From Vicinamibacterales bacterium (GTDB lineage: Bacteria > Acidobacteriota > Vicinamibacteria > Vicinamibacterales > JAMQPK01): 64,000 nucleotides of DNA. The notes under the pieces were generated by a model that saw only the letters and a list, made by a program, of their open reading frames with translations, was not told the origin of the DNA and did no database searches. Made by a program: the position numbers and the translations under genes. Position 1 is the stretch's first letter, and the number at the start of each line of letters is the position of its first letter. The stretch lies in contig CAVUTO010000008.1 in the NCBI GenBank assembly GCA_963744405.1, positions 25,163 through 89,162 of the forward strand, read 5' to 3'. Shown piece after piece: positions 1-10,182 of this stretch.

Positions 1-1135
1 TCGCGTCCCGAGCCGCTTTCGGAGACCGGCGTGCGGCCGAACTCGCCGCCCCACACAACTATCGTCTCATCGAGCTTGCCCCTGCGCTTCAGGTCGCGGA
101 TCAGCGCGGCCGCCGCCTGATCCATGTCGGGGCAGCGCTTGCGGAGGTTGTCGTTGACGTCGCGATGGTCGTCCCAGATCTGTCCGCCGGGGTAGTCGAC
201 GTTGACGTACCGCACACCGGCTTCGACCAGCCGGCGCGCGAGCAGGCACCCCGTTCCAAATGCCCCGTGGCCGTACTCCTCGCGGATATTCTCCGGCTCT
301 TTGCGGATGTCGAACAGCTCCAGCGCCTCGAACTGCATGCGATAGGCCGTCTCCATCGACTTGATGCGGCCCTCGAGGAACGGGTCGGCGCCAAACGACT
401 TCGAGTAGCTCTGGTTGAGACCCAGCAGCGCGTCCATGTCGGCTCGTTGAGCGGCCTCGTCCACCTGTTTGTTGCGCAGATTCGGGATGATCTTCTCGGG
501 ATCCGGATCCGCCACCTGAAAGCCCACACCCTGATACTCGGTCGGCAGGAATGCTGAACGGGTCTGCGGTCCGCTGCCGTTCGAGCCAAGCGCGACGAAC
601 GACGGCAGGTTCTCGTTCTCGCTGCCGAGGCCGTACGAAATCCACGATCCCATCGACGGCCGTGTGGCCAGCACGCTGCCGGTGTGGAACAGGGCGCGCC
701 CCGGCGTGTGCGTCGGGTTGAAGGTGTACATCGATCGAATGACGCAGATGTCGTCGATGACGCTGGCGAGCTGCGGCAGCAGTTCGCTCACCTCGACGCC
801 GTTGCGTCCGTAGCGCTTGAACTCGAACGGCGACGGCAGCAACCCTCCCGTCGTCGCGCTCGGTGCGCAGGTCGACGGCACTCGGACGCTGGCCGGCGTA
901 CTTGAACAGCGCAGGCTTGGGGTCGAACATGTCGAGCTGCGAGGGCCCGCCATTCAGGTAGATCATGATGACGTGCTTCGCCTTCGCCGGCAGCGCCGGG
1001 CCCGGCATAATTTCCAAGCCCCGCTGCATGGACTTTGCTCTGCGATAAGCCGGCAAACACTCCTGCAAGGCCGACGAGGCCGACGCCACCGCCCAGCACT
1101 TCGATCATTTCCCGTCGCGTCAGCTTCAAGTTCAT
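1..1135 (-). CDS. DUF1501 domain-containing protein with Tat-like signal; frameshifted and running off the window edge
   Basis: N-terminus [17 protein letters not shown], then [24 protein letters not shown]. The 3' part reads WDDHRD...[13 protein letters not shown] across frame changes. ATG overlaps the upstream stop (ATGA at 1132-1135). Confidence 0.85.
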
Positions 1136-3673
1136 GGCAGAAAAATCTCCTCGTTTGTCGATAGCAGGACTTGCGCGTAGCGCTGCAGGGTGCCCTTCTG
1201 CAGATATTCCAGCGCGCTCTTCATCTCGGCGGCCGTCGGGTCGCGCGCGAGAATCCGGCGATACAACAGGCCGACCTGTTCGGCTTCTCCAGTCGCCGCC
1301 GCCGCGGTTTTCGCCGCCGCCGCCGCGAGGTTCTGGACGAACTCGCTGTTCATCATGAAAATCTGCTGCAGCGTCGTGATGGTGACTTCGCGACCCGGAG
1401 CCGTCTGCGTGGCTTCGGGGAAGTCGTACAACTGCATCAACTGCGGCATACGCGCGCGGCTGATGCGTCCGTAAATCGAGCGCCTGAAAAACGTGTCGCT
1501 GTCCAGATCGCCAGACACCCCGCCCATCTCTTCGTCGAGCACGCCGGCCGAACGCAAGAGCGTGTCGCGATACGACTCGATATCGAGGCGGCGAGGATTC
1601 TGCCGCCACAAAAGCGCGTTGCCTTCGTCGACCTTCAGCGCGTCTTCCCGCGGCATGCTCGCCTGTTGATAGGCGGCCGACAGCATGATCTCCTTGCTGA
1701 GCCACTTCAGCGACCATCCGTGCTCGATGAAGCGCGCGGCGAGATCGTCGAGCAAGCTGCGGATGTGTCGGCTTGTCGCCTTGCGTGCCGAAATCGCTCG
1801 GCGTGGCGACGAGCGCGCGTCCGAAATGCCAGCCCCACACGCGATTGACGATCACGCGTGCGGCGAGCCCGGTGTGTCGCTGAAGATGCGATCGGCCAGC
1901 TCGAGACGGCCCGGAGCCCCTGCTTGAAAGCCGTATCGCCCTTTGCGAGCACGGCCGGGAAGCCGCGAGGCACGATCTCGCCGGGCGTCGCCACGTTCCC
2001 CGCCTTCAGGAGCGGCATGTCGCGCGGCTCGCCCGCCTTGTAAACAATGAAGGTGTAGCGTCGGGTCGGAGGCATCGACGTACTGCGCCGCTTCGAACAC
2101 GGCGTTGACGTACGGGTCGGTCGAGCCCTGCGGACCGCGGCCCCGCGCAGGGCTGGTGGTTGAACAGCGCGGCGCGGACGGCGGCAGCAGCCGGCTGCCC
2201 GGGACGGCTTCGCGCCAGCTGCGGGTGGCGCTGCTGCAGCAGCAGGCGGCGGTCCGCCTCCTCGACGCGGCGGATTCCAGAATTTCTCCAGACTCTCAAC
2301 GAGCTGCGGATAATCCTTCAGCAGCGCGGTCGCCTCGGCTTTTAAGCTTCCATCTCGGCTTTCCACTTCACCGCTTTCTCGGCGCCGTTCGTGAACGTGG
2401 TGCCTTCGTTTCCGAGCAGGTTGACCGAATACGCCATGTCGAACAGCTGCCGCTGAAGCCACATGTATCGCTGTTCGACCTTGGGATCGACCGGAAACAT
2501 CGGCCGCTCGACCCGCACCGTCGAAGCGAACACGCCCATCAGTGCGTAGTAGTCCTTCTGCGTGATGGGATCGAACTTGTGATCGTGGCACCGCGCGCAG
2601 GCCATCGACACGCCGAGCACGCCGCGCGATACGGCGTCGATCCGCTCATCCCAGTCGTCGGTCAGGAACGTGCCGATGACCTCTCCCGACAGGCGCAGGT
2701 CGTGATGGTACATGGGAGCCGCGCCCACATATCCGAGCGCCCGCATGTCGTCGCGCGTGGTGTTCGGCATCAAATCGGCGGCAATCTGCAGCTTGATGAA
2801 GCGGTCGTACGGCATGTCGGCGTTCAGCGCTTCGATAATCCAGTCGCGATACCGCCAGGCAAACGGGTACGGCGGGTTGGTGGCCTCCGACGTCGAGTTG
2901 TCTTCGGCGTAGCGCGCGACATCCATCCAGTGGCGCGCCCATCGCTCGCCGTAGTGCGGCGAGGCCAGAAGGCGATCGATCGAGCTCTCGTAGGCGTTCG
3001 GCGAACGATCGTTGATGAACGCCTGAATTTCTTCGAAGGTCGGCTTGTAGCCGAGCAGATCGACGTAGGCCCGCGTCGCCAGCGTGCGCCGATCGGCCTG
3101 CGGAGACGGCGCGAGCTTCTTCTCCTGCAGTTTCGCGAGAACGAAATTATCGATCTTGGTTTTCGGCCAGCCGTTCGCTGCTGCCGGCTTTGGGGGCGGG
3201 AACGGCGGCCACCGGCTGAAATGCCCACCACTTGCGCCCCTCTTCGAGCGACATGCCTTTGTATTGAGGGGCCGCCGAGGCAACGGCTGGAGCACCTGCG
3301 CGAGGGTCGGCCGCGCCCGCGCAATCCACTGCTCGAAGTCGGCCAGGACGGCGTCGGGAAGTTTGCCGCTTGGCGGCATCTGTGCCATTGGATCGCTGTA
3401 GCTCAGCGCCTTGATCAGGTCGGCTTTCGGCGGGCTTGCCCGGCACGACCGCCGGACCCGGAGACGCCGCCCTTCAGCAGGCCTTCCTTGGTGTCGAGCA
3501 CCAGGCTGCCTTTCGGCGCGGGCATCTTGGAACTGTGGCAGCCATAGCACTTCTGGACGAGGACCGGCCGGATTTTGGCCTCGAAAAATTCGATGTCCGG
3601 CGTCTGAGCCGATAGCGGCCGTACTCGCAGAAAGAGAGATGATGAGGCCGGCAAAGCCGCGTCGAATCAGCAT
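1132..3673 (-). CDS. PSD1/PSCyt2 (DUF1553/DUF1549) and planctomycete cytochrome c domain protein; several frameshifts
   Basis: Pieces in different frames: [79 protein letters not shown]. This family is typically found next to DUF1501. Confidence 0.85.
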
Positions 3674-3754
3674 GAAATCTCCTGAGCCCGTGGGAACGGC
3701 TATTTTACCGCGAGTGGCCGAAACTGGGCCCGTTCAAGTTTTCGCCCCTCGCAC

Positions 3755-3908
3755 GCGCACAAAAGCGGTTCTCGGTTCTAGGGTTCTGGGGTTCTGGGGT
3801 TCCGGTTCGGGGTTCTTGGTTCTGGTTCTTGGTTCTAGTAGTCGGTTCACGCGAACCGGGAACCTGGAACCGGCACCTCAGAACCCAGAACCTCAGAACC
3901 GAGAACCG
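3755..3908. repeat. Palindromic GGTTCT/AGAACC tandem-unit element, copy 1 (MITE/REP-like)
   Basis: Left arm of GGTTCT-type units, right arm of AGAACC units, and a 14-bp perfect terminal inverted repeat CGGTTCTCGGTTCT...AGAACCGAGAACCG. Confidence 0.8.
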
Positions 3909-3917
3909 ACCTCCACT

Positions 3918-4379
3918 TTATGGTTCGTCCCCACTCGGCCCGTATATCTGCGGCACGGTCGATCCCATCGGACGCAGATAGGTCGTTATCTGGCCGCGGT
4001 GGTGGACGATGTCGAACAGAAAGCTCCACGCCATCGGCGAGGCGGGCCGCTGGCTCCCGAAGAACTCGAGCGTCCCTGTCCAACGCGCGGCCGGCAGGGC
4101 CTGCAGCCGCCGCACGATCTCCGCGCTCTGCTTGTCGTAGGTCTCGCACAACTCCTTCAGCGTCGCCGGAGCGGGCGGAGGAGCCCACGCCGCGGTGCCT
4201 TTCTCGAGCGCATCGATGATCATCTTCTCTTCGTTGACGATCTGCCAGGCGATCTCGCGCGCAGTGCGCGACTTCGGATCGGGCCGGTAGTCTGAGCCTT
4301 CCGGAATGCGCGAGAGTACCTTGCTCGTCGTCTTCGACTCCTTGCTCCAGAACTCTGTAAACAGTGACTTCTCGTCCAT
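3918..4379 (-). CDS. DinB/YfiT-like family protein
   Basis: 153 aa with YRPDPKSRTAREIAWQI and HHRGQITTYLRPMG...P.IYGPS, the typical DinB-family motifs. GGAGGAG RBS upstream. Confidence 0.85.
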   Translation of the reverse strand: MDEKSLFTEFWSKESKTTSKVLSRIPEGSDYRPDPKSRTAREIAWQIVNEEKMIIDALEKGTAAWAPPPAPATLKELCETYDKQSAEIVRRLQALPAARWTGTLEFFGSQRPASPMAWSFLFDIVHHRGQITTYLRPMGSTVPQIYGPSGDEP

Positions 4380-4411
4380 ATGAGCTCCTCCAGTAAAAAA
4401 ACGGCCAGGCA

Positions 4412-4684
4412 GCGCACAAAAGCGGTTCTCGGTTCTAGGGTTCTCGGGTTCTGGGTGCCGGTTCGGGGTTCTTGGTTCTTATTCACGGTTCTGGTTCGTG
4501 GTTCGCGCGACGAGGTACTATGAACACGGAACGCGAACCGGGAACCTAGAACCGTTTTCGTTTGCACGTAGTACGTAGTGTCCGGCTTTAGCCGGACTTC
4601 ACGAGGTCCGCCTGAAGGCGGACACTACGTACATGTGGAAATCGGTCTAGAACCGGCACCTCAGAACCTCAGCACCCAGAACCG
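4412..4684. repeat. Palindromic GGTTCT/AGAACC element, copy 2, interrupted by a REP doublet
   Basis: Starts with the same GCGCACAAAAGCGGTTCTCGGTTCTAGGGTTCT as copy 1. The right arm is split by an insert of about 100 bp. Confidence 0.8.
4575..4628. repeat. GTAG-family REP doublet (inverted pair)
   Basis: GTAGTGTCCGGCTTTAGCCGGAC...GTCCGCCTGAAGGCGGACACTAC, with related copies at 18247, 45224, 50287 and 56873. Confidence 0.85.
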
Positions 4685-4694
4685 CGCAACAAAG

Positions 4695-4730
4695 AAAACG
4701 GCCAGGACGATGATACCGTCCTGGCCGTTT
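4695..4730 (-). terminator. Rho-independent terminator after the TonB-dependent receptor gene
   Basis: AAACGGCCAGGAC-loop-GTCCTGGCCGTTT hairpin with an A-run (U-tail on the minus strand). A second hairpin lies at 4734-4751. Confidence 0.7.
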
Positions 4731-4766
4731 CTCACAGGGCGAACGCCCTGTGCCACCTAAAGTGCC

Positions 4767-7700
4767 TTAGAACGTGAACCGAAGGCCGAAGTTGAAGAAC
4801 CGCATAGCGCCTGCCGCCGAGACCGCCGAGACGACCTTCCCGAAGTTCGTGTTCGTCGGGTCGGTCACCGGATTGCCGAACGCTGCGTAGTTCAGCAGGT
4901 TCTGAATATCGAACCGGGCCTGCAGCGTGCGCCGGCCGCCAACGCCGAAGTTCCGCTGGATGTTGAGGTTCACGTACTGCAGACCGGGACCTCGCAGGCC
5001 GTCGATCTGGAACGGGAACGCGCGCGTGTTGAAAGTGGTCGGCGTCTGCGCGGGATCCCGAACGAAGCCGTCGACGTTGAACCAGTACCTGTTCGGATCG
5101 ATCTGGCCGTTCACGTCGAGGGCGATTTCCGGGTTGTCTTTCTTGATGTTGTTGATGTCGCCGTTGTAGAACGCATTGGTGCCGAAGTCGATCAGCGAGC
5201 CCGGCTGTCTTTCGAACGTCCCGGCCAGCTGCCATCCGCCGGCAAGCGCGGCGAAAACCCCGCCATCGGACAGCCATCGGCGGCTCGCACCGAACGGCAG
5301 TTCGTACACCGCACCGCCCGAGATCCGGTACGGCCGGCTGCTGTTGTCGTCGAGCCAGAGCGTCGGCGTGCGATCGAACTCGTTGACCGTGCGGTTCGAG
5401 CGCGTTTTCGTGAATGACAACGCCAGATTCGCCGTGAAGCCGTTCGCGTATCGGCGATTCACGAGAATCTGAAACGACCGCCCTTTGTTCTCGCCCAGCG
5501 GGAGGTTCTGATACCTAAGTCCATTGCCCGTGTTGTATTGCGAAAACGGCCGGAGCAGACGATTCGCCGGCGCGGTGGTCGAGGTGAAGAACGCATTCGT
5601 CGCCAGCTGCTGATAAAGAGCGGGGTTGGAGGTCTGCAGCGCCGCGAAGTTCGCGATGTTGTAGGGATTTGTCACGTTCGCGACGAGCGCGGCCTGGGCG
5701 GTATTGTTCCGAACGTTGCCCTGAATCCAATACTGCTCGGGCAGAAAGTCCTGACGAATAGTGATCTCGCGCCGATCCGCGTACAATCCGTCGTAGGCGA
5801 GCTCGACCGCGAGGTTGCGCGTGATTTCCCGCTGAACCCCCAGGCGCCACCGTTGAAGCCGCGCGTGCTCGTGATTCTGGTTCTGCGTGTCCAGCGCCAG
5901 GCCGACTCCTGTGTCCACACCGAGCCTGTCGTTGGTGGGCTCGAGGAAGCGAGTACCGCCGGCGCGTACCGGGAACGGATCCGCGAGACTGACGCCGAAC
6001 GTCTGACCGAAGTCCGTGCTGTTGGTGTTGGTCGTCGTCGCGTTGTAGCCCAGGTTGTTCGCGGTGTAGTCGGCGGCGTTCAGCGTGTCGTAGAACATGC
6101 CGTAGCCGAACTTGGCGACGGTCTTTTCACCGAGCTTGTAGGCCGCCGAGACGCGCGGCATGAACATCGTCTGCGGTCTCCAGGATCGGCCATCCTGACC
6201 CGCAGCGGTCGCGTAGATCGGGCCGCCGCGGACACGGAACTGCGATGCCGGCAGCTGAGCGAGAGGCGACCGGGCGTATGCCGCCTCGGCAGCATCGGAA
6301 ATGGAGAGCTTCGCCTCCGGATCGAAGTCGGTCACCATCGCATCGTCGTCTTCGCTGATGCCGTTCTCCCACTCCATCCGGAGACCGACGTTGAGCGTCA
6401 GGTTCTCGTTCACGCGCCACGAGTCCTGGACGAACGAGCCGAAGTACTGGTTGCGATAGGAGAACGGGCGTTGAATCGTCGCGACCGTCGTCGACGGAAC
6501 GCCCAGCATGAACGCCGCCATGGTCAACCCGAGGTTGCTGGGTGTGAGCTGGGCGGTGTCGCTGGCCTGCCGCGTGAATTCATTCGTGAACGTCAGCTGG
6601 CCGGACGGCGTGCCGCCGGCGCTGCGCAGACGCTGAGCTTGCCGGACATCGACGCCGCCACGGAGCGTGTGATTGCTCGTCACCTTCGTGAGGTTCACCG
6701 TTCCCTGCATGTTCCGCGCGCGGTCGAACGAGCTGGCTCCCTGAGAAATGTCCTGATAGGTGTTGTTGCCGGTGAAATCGACGTTCGGCAACATGCAGTT
6801 TTCCTGCGCCGTGCACAGCTGGTCGAGATAAGCCGGCAGGCCCATGTCGGTCGGTTTGTACTCGTGCAACCGCTCGAGCAGGTCGCCCTGGGTGAACCGG
6901 TTCGCTGAGACCTGCGTATCGATCACCATCGTGCCGGTCGTATGCGTCCAGTTGCCAATCATGTTCCACTGGGGACGCGAGCGGTCGATGGAGTGCAGGC
7001 CCTCGAATTCCGGCACCTCATACGTCCAGTCGCCGACTCCCTCGATGAACGTGTTCTTCGAGCCGCGAACGAAGATGCGATCGTTGTTCCCGACGTTGTA
7101 GTCGACGCGAGCGGCGAACAGCGAGCTCTTCGGGATGTCGGGCTCACCGCCGCGATAGTAGTTGGCGAGCGGGTTCGTGCCCTGCTCCACGAAGTTCTGA
7201 TTCGGCTTCGGCACCATCCGCTTGTAGAGGTCGTACAACGGGTTGACGATCCTGTTCGCCGGAATGATGTTGTTGGCGAACGGCGTGCGGATGAAGCGGT
7301 TCGGGTTGGCCGGGTCGCGGCGAACCGTCAGCGGATCGTAAATCTGGTACTGCGCGCCGTTCGGCAGCGCCAGCAGATCCGAGAAATCGCCGCGCAGGTG
7401 CGCCTCGTTCGCCGGCACCGTGCTCGTGCCCTGGTTCTTTCCGGGAATGAAGTCGTTGACGTAGGAGTAGTTGGCGAAGAAGAACATCTTGTTCTGCAGA
7501 ATCGGCCCGCCCAGCGTGAACGCCGTGTTGTGCGAGCGCCCTTCGTCATACAGAGCCTTGCCGGCAGGTGTGAAGGTCGCCTTCTGGCTCGGATTGAGGT
7601 TGTTGATCTTGTTCGTCCAGTACTGATAGCTGCCGGTGCCCCGATACGCGTTGGCGCCCGCTTTGGTCGTCATCGAAATCTGCAGCCCAGTGCCGTGACC

Positions 7701-8387
7701 GATCGACGCGTCGAAGTTCGACGACTCGACGCGCATTTCTTCGACCATGTCGGAGTTCGGCGAGGTCGCGATGCGGCGGTTCGTACTGTTGTTTGCGGCG
7801 CCGTCGATCGAATACGTGTTGCTGCCCACGCCGCCGAACGCCTCGCCGGCGGCCGTCGTCGTGCCATCCACGAAGCCCTGCGAGACGAGGCTCTGACTCG
7901 CGGACGGGTTCACACCGGCGGCGAAGCGCGTCAGCATGATCGGCATATTCGAAAGCATCGGCAGGCTCTCGACCATGCGCGTGTCGAACGTCTGCGCCGA
8001 CGACACCGACGAGGTGTCGAGCAGCGGCGCTTCGCCGGTGACCGTGATGGTCTCGGATATCGCGCCGACCTCCATCATAAACGGAATGTTCATCTGCTGC
8101 GCCACGGCGAGGACGACACCCCGCTGCGTGAGCCGCTTGAACCCGGCGATCTCGACCGAAATTTCATAAGTGCCGGGCTGCATCAGCGGCGCTTCGAAGT
8201 AGCCGCTGGTGTTGGTCGTCAGCTCCTGCTTCGAACCGGTGTCAGTGCTGACGATCGTCACGGTCGCGCCGGGAATGACTCCCGTCGAGTCCCTGACCGT
8301 TCCCGAAATGTTGCCGCGAGTTTCTTGCGCGCTTGCGGGCAGCGCGATGACTAGCAAGACGACGAGAGCCTTGAGGAACGTTCGCAT
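4767..8387 (-). CDS. TonB-dependent receptor with carboxypeptidase regulatory-like N-domain (Oar-like)
   Basis: 1206 aa, signal peptide, GNISGTVRDSTGVIPGATVT, FVQDSWRVNENLTLNVGLRME, C-terminal GLRFTF. Confidence 0.9.
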   Translation of the reverse strand: MRTFLKALVVLLVIALPASAQETRGNISGTVRDSTGVIPGATVTIVSTDTGSKQELTTNTSGYFEAPLMQPGTYEISVEIAGFKRLTQRGVVLAVAQQMNIPFMMEVGAISETITVTGEAPLLDTSSVSSAQTFDTRMVESLPMLSNMPIMLTRFAAGVNPSASQSLVSQGFVDGTTTAAGEAFGGVGSNTYSIDGAANNSTNRRIATSPNSDMVEEMRVESSNFDASIGHGTGLQISMTTKAGANAYRGTGSYQYWTNKINNLNPSQKATFTPAGKALYDEGRSHNTAFTLGGPILQNKMFFFANYSYVNDFIPGKNQGTSTVPANEAHLRGDFSDLLALPNGAQYQIYDPLTVRRDPANPNRFIRTPFANNIIPANRIVNPLYDLYKRMVPKPNQNFVEQGTNPLANYYRGGEPDIPKSSLFAARVDYNVGNNDRIFVRGSKNTFIEGVGDWTYEVPEFEGLHSIDRSRPQWNMIGNWTHTTGTMVIDTQVSANRFTQGDLLERLHEYKPTDMGLPAYLDQLCTAQENCMLPNVDFTGNNTYQDISQGASSFDRARNMQGTVNLTKVTSNHTLRGGVDVRQAQRLRSAGGTPSGQLTFTNEFTRQASDTAQLTPSNLGLTMAAFMLGVPSTTVATIQRPFSYRNQYFGSFVQDSWRVNENLTLNVGLRMEWENGISEDDDAMVTDFDPEAKLSISDAAEAAYARSPLAQLPASQFRVRGGPIYATAAGQDGRSWRPQTMFMPRVSAAYKLGEKTVAKFGYGMFYDTLNAADYTANNLGYNATTTNTNSTDFGQTFGVSLADPFPVRAGGTRFLEPTNDRLGVDTGVGLALDTQNQNHEHARLQRWRLGVQREITRNLAVELAYDGLYADRREITIRQDFLPEQYWIQGNVRNNTAQAALVANVTNPYNIANFAALQTSNPALYQQLATNAFFTSTTAPANRLLRPFSQYNTGNGLRYQNLPLGENKGRSFQILVNRRYANGFTANLALSFTKTRSNRTVNEFDRTPTLWLDDNSSRPYRISGGAVYELPFGASRRWLSDGGVFAALAGGWQLAGTFERQPGSLIDFGTNAFYNGDINNIKKDNPEIALDVNGQIDPNRYWFNVDGFVRDPAQTPTTFNTRAFPFQIDGLRGPGLQYVNLNIQRNFGVGGRRTLQARFDIQNLLNYAAFGNPVTDPTNTNFGKVVSAVSAAGAMRFFNFGLRFTF

Positions 8388-8466
8388 GGTCTACTCCCTT
8401 GGACAGTACAGCCGCGCACGCACGACTGGCCGACTGCGCAAAAAATGACTGGATACTGAGTGGAAA

Positions 8467-8495
8467 ATGCTAAGGGCTGGCCGTGATGCTGTCAA
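8467..8495 (-). promoter_or_regulatory. sigma70-type promoter for the receptor gene
   Basis: Minus strand TTGACA-N17-TAGCAT, about 80 bp upstream of the ATG. Confidence 0.6.
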
Positions 8496-8696
8496 AGCAA
8501 AACTGGACGATCGCGATCCAACGAATCGGATCGGTGTTCACTTTACGAAACGGCGTCTCGCTGTGCGGTTTGGCAGTCTATGAGTTATAGACCTGACGGC
8601 ACCAACCTGTTTCCGGCTCCGCACGAAGGGTGTGCGCATGCCGGCGTTCGAGCAGATCCGCCACCGTCAGGTCAACTGACAACCAGGCAGGAACAG

Positions 8697-9458
8697 CTAT
8701 CGAGCAGTGCGCACGAACGTCATCTGAAACGGAAGCGGAAACGGCTCGGCCACGGTCGCTGGTTTACTACCTGCGCCAAACTTCACCAGCCTTGCCATCC
8801 CCGAATAAGACACGGTCCTGACGATGCTCAAATCGCCGGGGCCCGGAACAATCGTCGCGTTCCCGATCGACTGGACTTCATAAGAAATCGCGGTCGATTT
8901 GTCCTCTGTCGGGCTGGTCGTCAGGAAGTCCACCGGAAACTTCGCGCCTTTAGCGAACAGTGAGCCCATTCGGATTCGCGGGTTCACGCCGCCGGTAATC
9001 TCACAGGGAGCGTTCCACTCCGACGCTTCCGGCAGGTAGTTGTTCGCGCCTAACTCCACACATGCGCTGTTGTTTCTGACCTCGAGCCGGTACTGCCGCT
9101 GGACGCCGACGCCATGCTCATCATTCGGCGTATCACACCGCTGTACGCCGGCATCCCCGTCGAGCTTCCGGTTGAATCGGATGAAGAGGTTGCGGGTGGC
9201 GTCGGCTTCGAGGCAGAAATTCGGGTCGGACTGCTGACCGCTGCCCAAGCGGTAGTCCTTGTAATCGGGAGTTCCAGCGCTATCCGCGACACTCGACACC
9301 GCATTAGGATCATTTGTCACCGGGGTGTCATCGATTGTAAAACTCACCACCCATACCGTTGCCGCCCTTGTAACCGGCGAAAAAACCGCAATACCGAACA
9401 CAATCGCGCATAGTGCGGCCGTGCGCTGCAACGTTGACGAGCGAATCTGTCCTGCCAT
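8697..9458 (-). CDS. Hypothetical secreted beta-rich protein
   Basis: 253 aa, signal-peptide-like N-terminus (AALCAIVFGIAVFSPVTRA), four Cys in the mature part, GAGGAGG RBS. No family recognised. Confidence 0.65.
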   Translation of the reverse strand: MAGQIRSSTLQRTAALCAIVFGIAVFSPVTRAATVWVVSFTIDDTPVTNDPNAVSSVADSAGTPDYKDYRLGSGQQSDPNFCLEADATRNLFIRFNRKLDGDAGVQRCDTPNDEHGVGVQRQYRLEVRNNSACVELGANNYLPEASEWNAPCEITGGVNPRIRMGSLFAKGAKFPVDFLTTSPTEDKSTAISYEVQSIGNATIVPGPGDLSIVRTVSYSGMARLVKFGAGSKPATVAEPFPLPFQMTFVRTAR

Positions 9459-9482
9459 CTTTCATGCCTCCTCGGAGTAAGG

Positions 9483-9510
9483 AAACACTGCAGGTTGCCC
9501 GATCGCACAA
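9483..9510 (-). promoter_or_regulatory. Putative ECF sigma promoter TTGTGCG-N15-GTGTTT, copy 1
   Basis: The same motif with the same spacing recurs at 10123-10150. Confidence 0.55.
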
Positions 9511-9534
9511 AAGAAAATCCTCTATCATCGGGCG

Positions 9535-10122
9535 GTGCGGGAATCGCCCGACGCGACCAAGCCCCCTGACACCACCGGCGACCTCCTCGATCGCGCCCGC
9601 GCGGGCGACGAAGAGGCGCTCAATCAGCTGTTGGAACGCCACGTTCCACAACTGAAACGCTGGGCATCCGGCCGGCTCCCGCGGTGGGCTCGAGACATCG
9701 CTGACACAAGCGACCTCGTGCAGGAAACCATCATCACCACTCTGAAGAATCTCGACCGGTTCGAGCACCGGGGCGACGGAGCGCTCCAGGCGTATCTGCG
9801 CCAGGCGGTCATCAACCGTATTCGCAATGAGTTGCGCAAGCTCGCGTCCCGGGGCCAAGCGGCCACGATCGATTCCGGTATTCCGGATGACGGGACTTCG
9901 CCACTCGAGGCGGCAATTGCGCAGCAGACGCTCGAGGAATACGATGCGGCGCTACAGCGGCTGAAACCCGAGGAGCGCGAGGCGGTCGTCGCGCGTGTAG
10001 AGCTCGGTCTCAGCTACGCCGAGATCGCGGACCTGCTCGGCAAACCGTCCGCGAATGCCGCCCGCATGGCCGTCGTCCGAGCGATCATGCGGCTCGCGGA
10101 GGAAATGAAGCGTACGCCCTAG
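9535..10122 (+). CDS. ECF-type RNA polymerase sigma-70 factor
   Basis: LLDRARAGDEEALNQL, DLVQET, YLRQAVINRIRNELR, region 4 LKPEEREAVVARVELGLSYAEIADLLG. Confidence 0.92.
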   Translation: MRESPDATKPPDTTGDLLDRARAGDEEALNQLLERHVPQLKRWASGRLPRWARDIADTSDLVQETIITTLKNLDRFEHRGDGALQAYLRQAVINRIRNELRKLASRGQAATIDSGIPDDGTSPLEAAIAQQTLEEYDAALQRLKPEEREAVVARVELGLSYAEIADLLGKPSANAARMAVVRAIMRLAEEMKRTP

Positions 10123-10150
10123 TTGTGCGTTTTACCTGGCTTGCGTGTTT
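10123..10150 (+). promoter_or_regulatory. Putative ECF sigma promoter TTGTGCG-N15-GTGTTT, copy 2
   Basis: Lies between the sigma stop codon and the kinase ATG, and matches copy 1. Confidence 0.55.
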
Positions 10151-10182
10151 TAGATTTATCGATCCCTGACGGGCGGAAGCCT

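Noticed and set aside
3755-4690. Possible CRISPR array
   Set aside because: Units are 6-8 bp, degenerate and mirrored, with no unique spacers and no cas genes.
2105-8354. Long plus-strand ORFs (480, 456 and 470 aa) and similar ones at 33133, 35785, 47670 and 58362
   Set aside because: Antisense shadows of real GC-rich genes, with no motifs and Arg-rich composition.
8562-8590. Third copy of the ECF motif (TGTGCG...GAGTTA) and ORF 8580-8963
   Set aside because: The -10 part and spacing do not match, and the ORF overlaps the secreted-protein gene antisense and looks non-coding.
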